This document shows, one piece after another, positions 61,245-64,000 of a stretch of DNA of 64,000 bases; position 1 is the first letter of the stretch, and every line of letters begins with the position of its first letter. The notes beneath the pieces are model-generated. The model made no database searches and had not been told where the DNA came from. It worked only from the letters and a program-made list of their open reading frames with translations. The DNA is from Epiperipatus broadwayi (Eukaryota; Animalia; Onychophora): positions 1,302,001 through 1,366,000 of the forward strand of contig JAQFVV010000007.1 in assembly GCA_028023455.1 (NCBI GenBank), read 5' to 3'. A program made the translations under genes and the position numbers.

Positions 61245-61907
61245 TTATAGCATTTTTTTCCAAATGTGGGACAGACGTTTTGGGAGATTATGGTTGCACT
61301 TTTGACAATTTTGTATGTTTGTTGTTGTATTTTTCCCTATTACGTTAATACATTGTTCAGACTTTCCTTGTAATTCATTTTTGAATCTTCTAGTTTCGTG
61401 TCCATGTATTATTTCCAGTGCTTTTTCTAGTGTAATATTTCCTTTTTCAAATAATCTGTCTTTTAGTCCTTCTTTTTGTACAATTATAATTCTATCTTGG
61501 AGGATATTTTGTTTTTGATCCCCGAAATCAGCTTTTTCAACTACTAATTTTAAGCGAGTAAGAAAGTGATCAATCAATTCTCCCTTGTACAGCTCCATTG
61601 TATATGCTTTTATTCTGTCATATAATGTTGTTTTCATTGTTTTGAAATATTTATCCATTTGGTTTAAGACAGGTAGCAATTTTGTTTTATCTTCTGGGTC
61701 CGTGTGGTCTAATGTTATTACATCTCTCCCTTCTTTTCCAATGAGATGATGTAATATTCCTAATTTTACTTTATCTGATTTCATATCATGTTCTGTTGCC
61801 TCTAGGATATTTAGGAATAATTCTTTCCATTCAGTCCATTTGACTGACATATTTCCTTCCATGGATAGCAGTTTGCTATTGTAAAAACGATCGAATTGTG
61901 ACACCAT
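61245..61907 (-). CDS. Gypsy Gag (open 220-aa frame)
   Basis: WTEWKELF...LHHLIGKEGRDV...FLTRLK...LQDRII...LEKALEII and a degenerate Cys knuckle CQKCNH; it follows the PBS. Confidence 0.85.
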   Translation of the reverse strand: MVSQFDRFYNSKLLSMEGNMSVKWTEWKELFLNILEATEHDMKSDKVKLGILHHLIGKEGRDVITLDHTDPEDKTKLLPVLNQMDKYFKTMKTTLYDRIKAYTMELYKGELIDHFLTRLKLVVEKADFGDQKQNILQDRIIIVQKEGLKDRLFEKGNITLEKALEIIHGHETRRFKNELQGKSEQCINVIGKNTTTNIQNCQKCNHNLPKRLSHIWKKML

Positions 61908-62030
61908 TTTGTATTTTTGGCAAATATGATATGAAAAAAGAATTTTGCTATAAAAACTATTTTTATCAATATTTAAATACTCACTGTTTTATAGACTTTA
62001 GAAATTTTTTTTTTAACTATTATTTCATTA

Positions 62031-62048
62031 ATCCCACTCCTGACAGCA
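62031..62048 (-). promoter_or_regulatory. Primer-binding site complementary to the tRNA-Leu 3' end
   Basis: Plus-strand atcccactcctgacagca matches the tRNA-Leu(CAG) 3' end ATCCCACTCCTGACACCA (recalled) at 17/18 and abuts the 5' LTR. Confidence 0.88.
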
Positions 62049-62224
62049 TGTTATGTTCTTGGTCGTAATATCTAAATTAATAAATACACACAGTTTAGAT
62101 AACTATTAATTTTTATTAACTACTCGCATTCTCTAACATAAGAGTGATGTCACTCGCTCACTAATCTCAGTTGTCGCCACTACGCTGTCAGTCTGTAATT
62201 ACAAGTATTAACCATAACATAACA
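62049..62224 (-). repeat. 5' LTR
   Basis: Direct repeat of 57759-57933. Confidence 0.92.
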
Positions 62225-62701
62225 CAGAAACATTTAGAAATAGCAAAACAAAAAGAATTGAGGTTTGAAAATAATCTAAAACAGATGGAATTGAAGAGGC
62301 AAAAACAGATGGATAATTTTTGCAAACCATTTAAACCAGAGCAAAAACTAGATGATTCAAAACAAATAGATGAGCAAGTACAAATTGAACAAGAAACAAT
62401 GGGATCAAATCATGGACAATTGCTTTTAAAGTCAGAGACTGAACCAAAAATATGTGATGAACCTTTAAATGAATCTGACCCAAAACTATTAGATGAAAAT
62501 GTACAAAATAAACACAAACATGTTCAAATAAAAGAACAAATAGAAGAAGGTGCACATGTTGAACTAACACAAGTAGATGATAATGAACTAAAACTACTGA
62601 AAGAAATTGAAAGCAAACAGGAACGGTTAAAACTAAATGTCCAAATACATGAAATTAAGTCTGAAGGCTCACAACAAGTTAGATGGATGAAGGAAATGTG
62701 A
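62225..62701 (+). pseudogene. C-terminal part of the coiled-coil ORF interrupted by the Gypsy
   Basis: KHLEIAKQKELRFENNLKQMELKRQKQM..., an E/K/Q-rich open frame to 62701. Confidence 0.55.
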
Positions 62702-64000
62702 TGTACTATATCATGTGCCAGCCATCTTACAGCTAGATAAACAAATACAAATAAAAATAGAACAATTTTTACTTTATCCCCAAAATGAAATGGAATCACT
62801 GTTAATATAAAAATTAAATAAAGATTTAACTCTCATGGTGATTAATCTATTGGATAAAAAAATCCAACAGCATCAACCAAACATTAAATCCATATGTTAT
62901 ATGAATCTATAGTATTTATACAGTTATGCATAACAAGAATTTTACTGATTATGCATAACAAGAATTTTACTGATTGTCAACTTACTTACAAATGGAAAGA
63001 AATAAAACATAATTTTCTCCCACACCAATTACCTCTTCTCCACAGTTGCCATGAAAGAAAAGGCCCCCAGATAGACTTTATTATCAAACTATGCCAGAAC
63101 AATCTTATTTTATTGACCAATGGCAGAATAAACAGCTTATAAAATGCCCAATGGACATCCAAAAAGAACTTTTAATAAGTACAATCATTTTTTTTTTTTT
63201 GTTATTGTTGTTTTTAAATTCCATAATTCATTTCAATAAAAAAAAAAATAAGAATTTTTTTTTTCTTCTAAGCAAAATAATATAGAATTTTTTTTAAAAA
63301 AGAACTAAAATGAGGTTCAAGAAAGAAACTAAGTTTTGGATATAAAAAATCAGTTTTTCTTTTCTTGATCAGATTGAAATACTACTACATTCAAATCCCA
63401 GAGTTTGACTATGCCTTGTGAATAAAAAGAAAGAATACTACTAATAGCTAGCTAGATCTAATCTGAAATACTTTTGAATCATATTTCAAATAACTCTGGC
63501 TGAAATAAAAAATTAGCACTTATTTAAAAGATAGCTAGATATTATAAGGCTATACTAACACTCTAAATGGACTTTTAAAATTTGTCAGAAAGAAATAAAT
63601 GACAATTATTTTGCTTTGGGTGAGTTTTATATTTAAAGAATGATTTGTACTTTATTTTAAATAATTTGGATTTGTAAATAAGTCTTATTATCCAGGTATT
63701 ATTTTAAAGCAAACTGTCAATTAAAAAAAAAAAAGAAATAAATTTGTAATAACTTCTCTTTACTTGTTAAAATTATTTTTTAAAGAAAAAATAATTATTA
63801 TATATCACATATGTATGCTAAGTTTTTGAATTTTATATGTTATTAATAAGAGGAAAAGATAAAAAAAATAATGATAATCATGTAAACACAATGTACACAT
63901 AAATATGTAAGTCACAAATAATCATAGTTAAAAATGTAATTATTTCCATTAGTCTCATTCATTTGTAGTTAAACTTATATTTGATTACTGAAAATTGGAT

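Larger units (their letters stand above)
57759..62224 (-). mobile_element. Full-length decayed Gypsy/Ty3 LTR retrotransposon (4466 bp)
   Basis: About 175-bp LTRs with TG...CA ends (57759-57933, 62049-62224); near-TSD cagag/cagaa. Gag 61907-61245, protease IDTGA at about 60970, RT VDD at about 60085, RNase H, integrase 59050-58577, PPT next to the 3' LTR. Confidence 0.95.

Overview
This is a very AT-rich eukaryotic (animal-like) window, mostly intronic or intergenic DNA packed with transposon relics; the species cannot be determined from sequence alone. No prokaryotic operons, rRNA or CRISPR arrays were seen. Host gene: three phase-1 exons of an unidentified proline-rich protein on the minus strand (51671-51537, 51437-51324, terminal coding exon 26959-26814), with a 24-kb last intron containing a candidate poison exon. 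Other content: a 5'-truncated, apparently processed ABCF2 pseudogene; a young head-to-tail dimer of a Penelope-like element (PLE; RT + GIY-YIG) inside one 8-bp target-site duplication (TSD); two older PLEs; a full-length decayed Gypsy (tRNA-Leu PBS) nested in a coiled-coil ORF; a rearranged Gypsy; RTE and other LINE fragments; and Merlin, Tigger, hAT and mariner-type DNA elements. The most striking signal is RNA-level. The young PLE's pseudo-LTR holds two back-to-back tRNA-derived Pol III-type modules (one clearly tRNA-Phe-like, with a 14-nt insert at the canonical intron position) directly upstream of an intact minimal hammerhead ribozyme. At least four other repeat families also carry hammerhead cores, including a 397-nt retrozyme-like unit whose 5' end falls at the predicted self-cleavage site. 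All structural and homology calls were made by eye; alignments, folding and database searches were not run.
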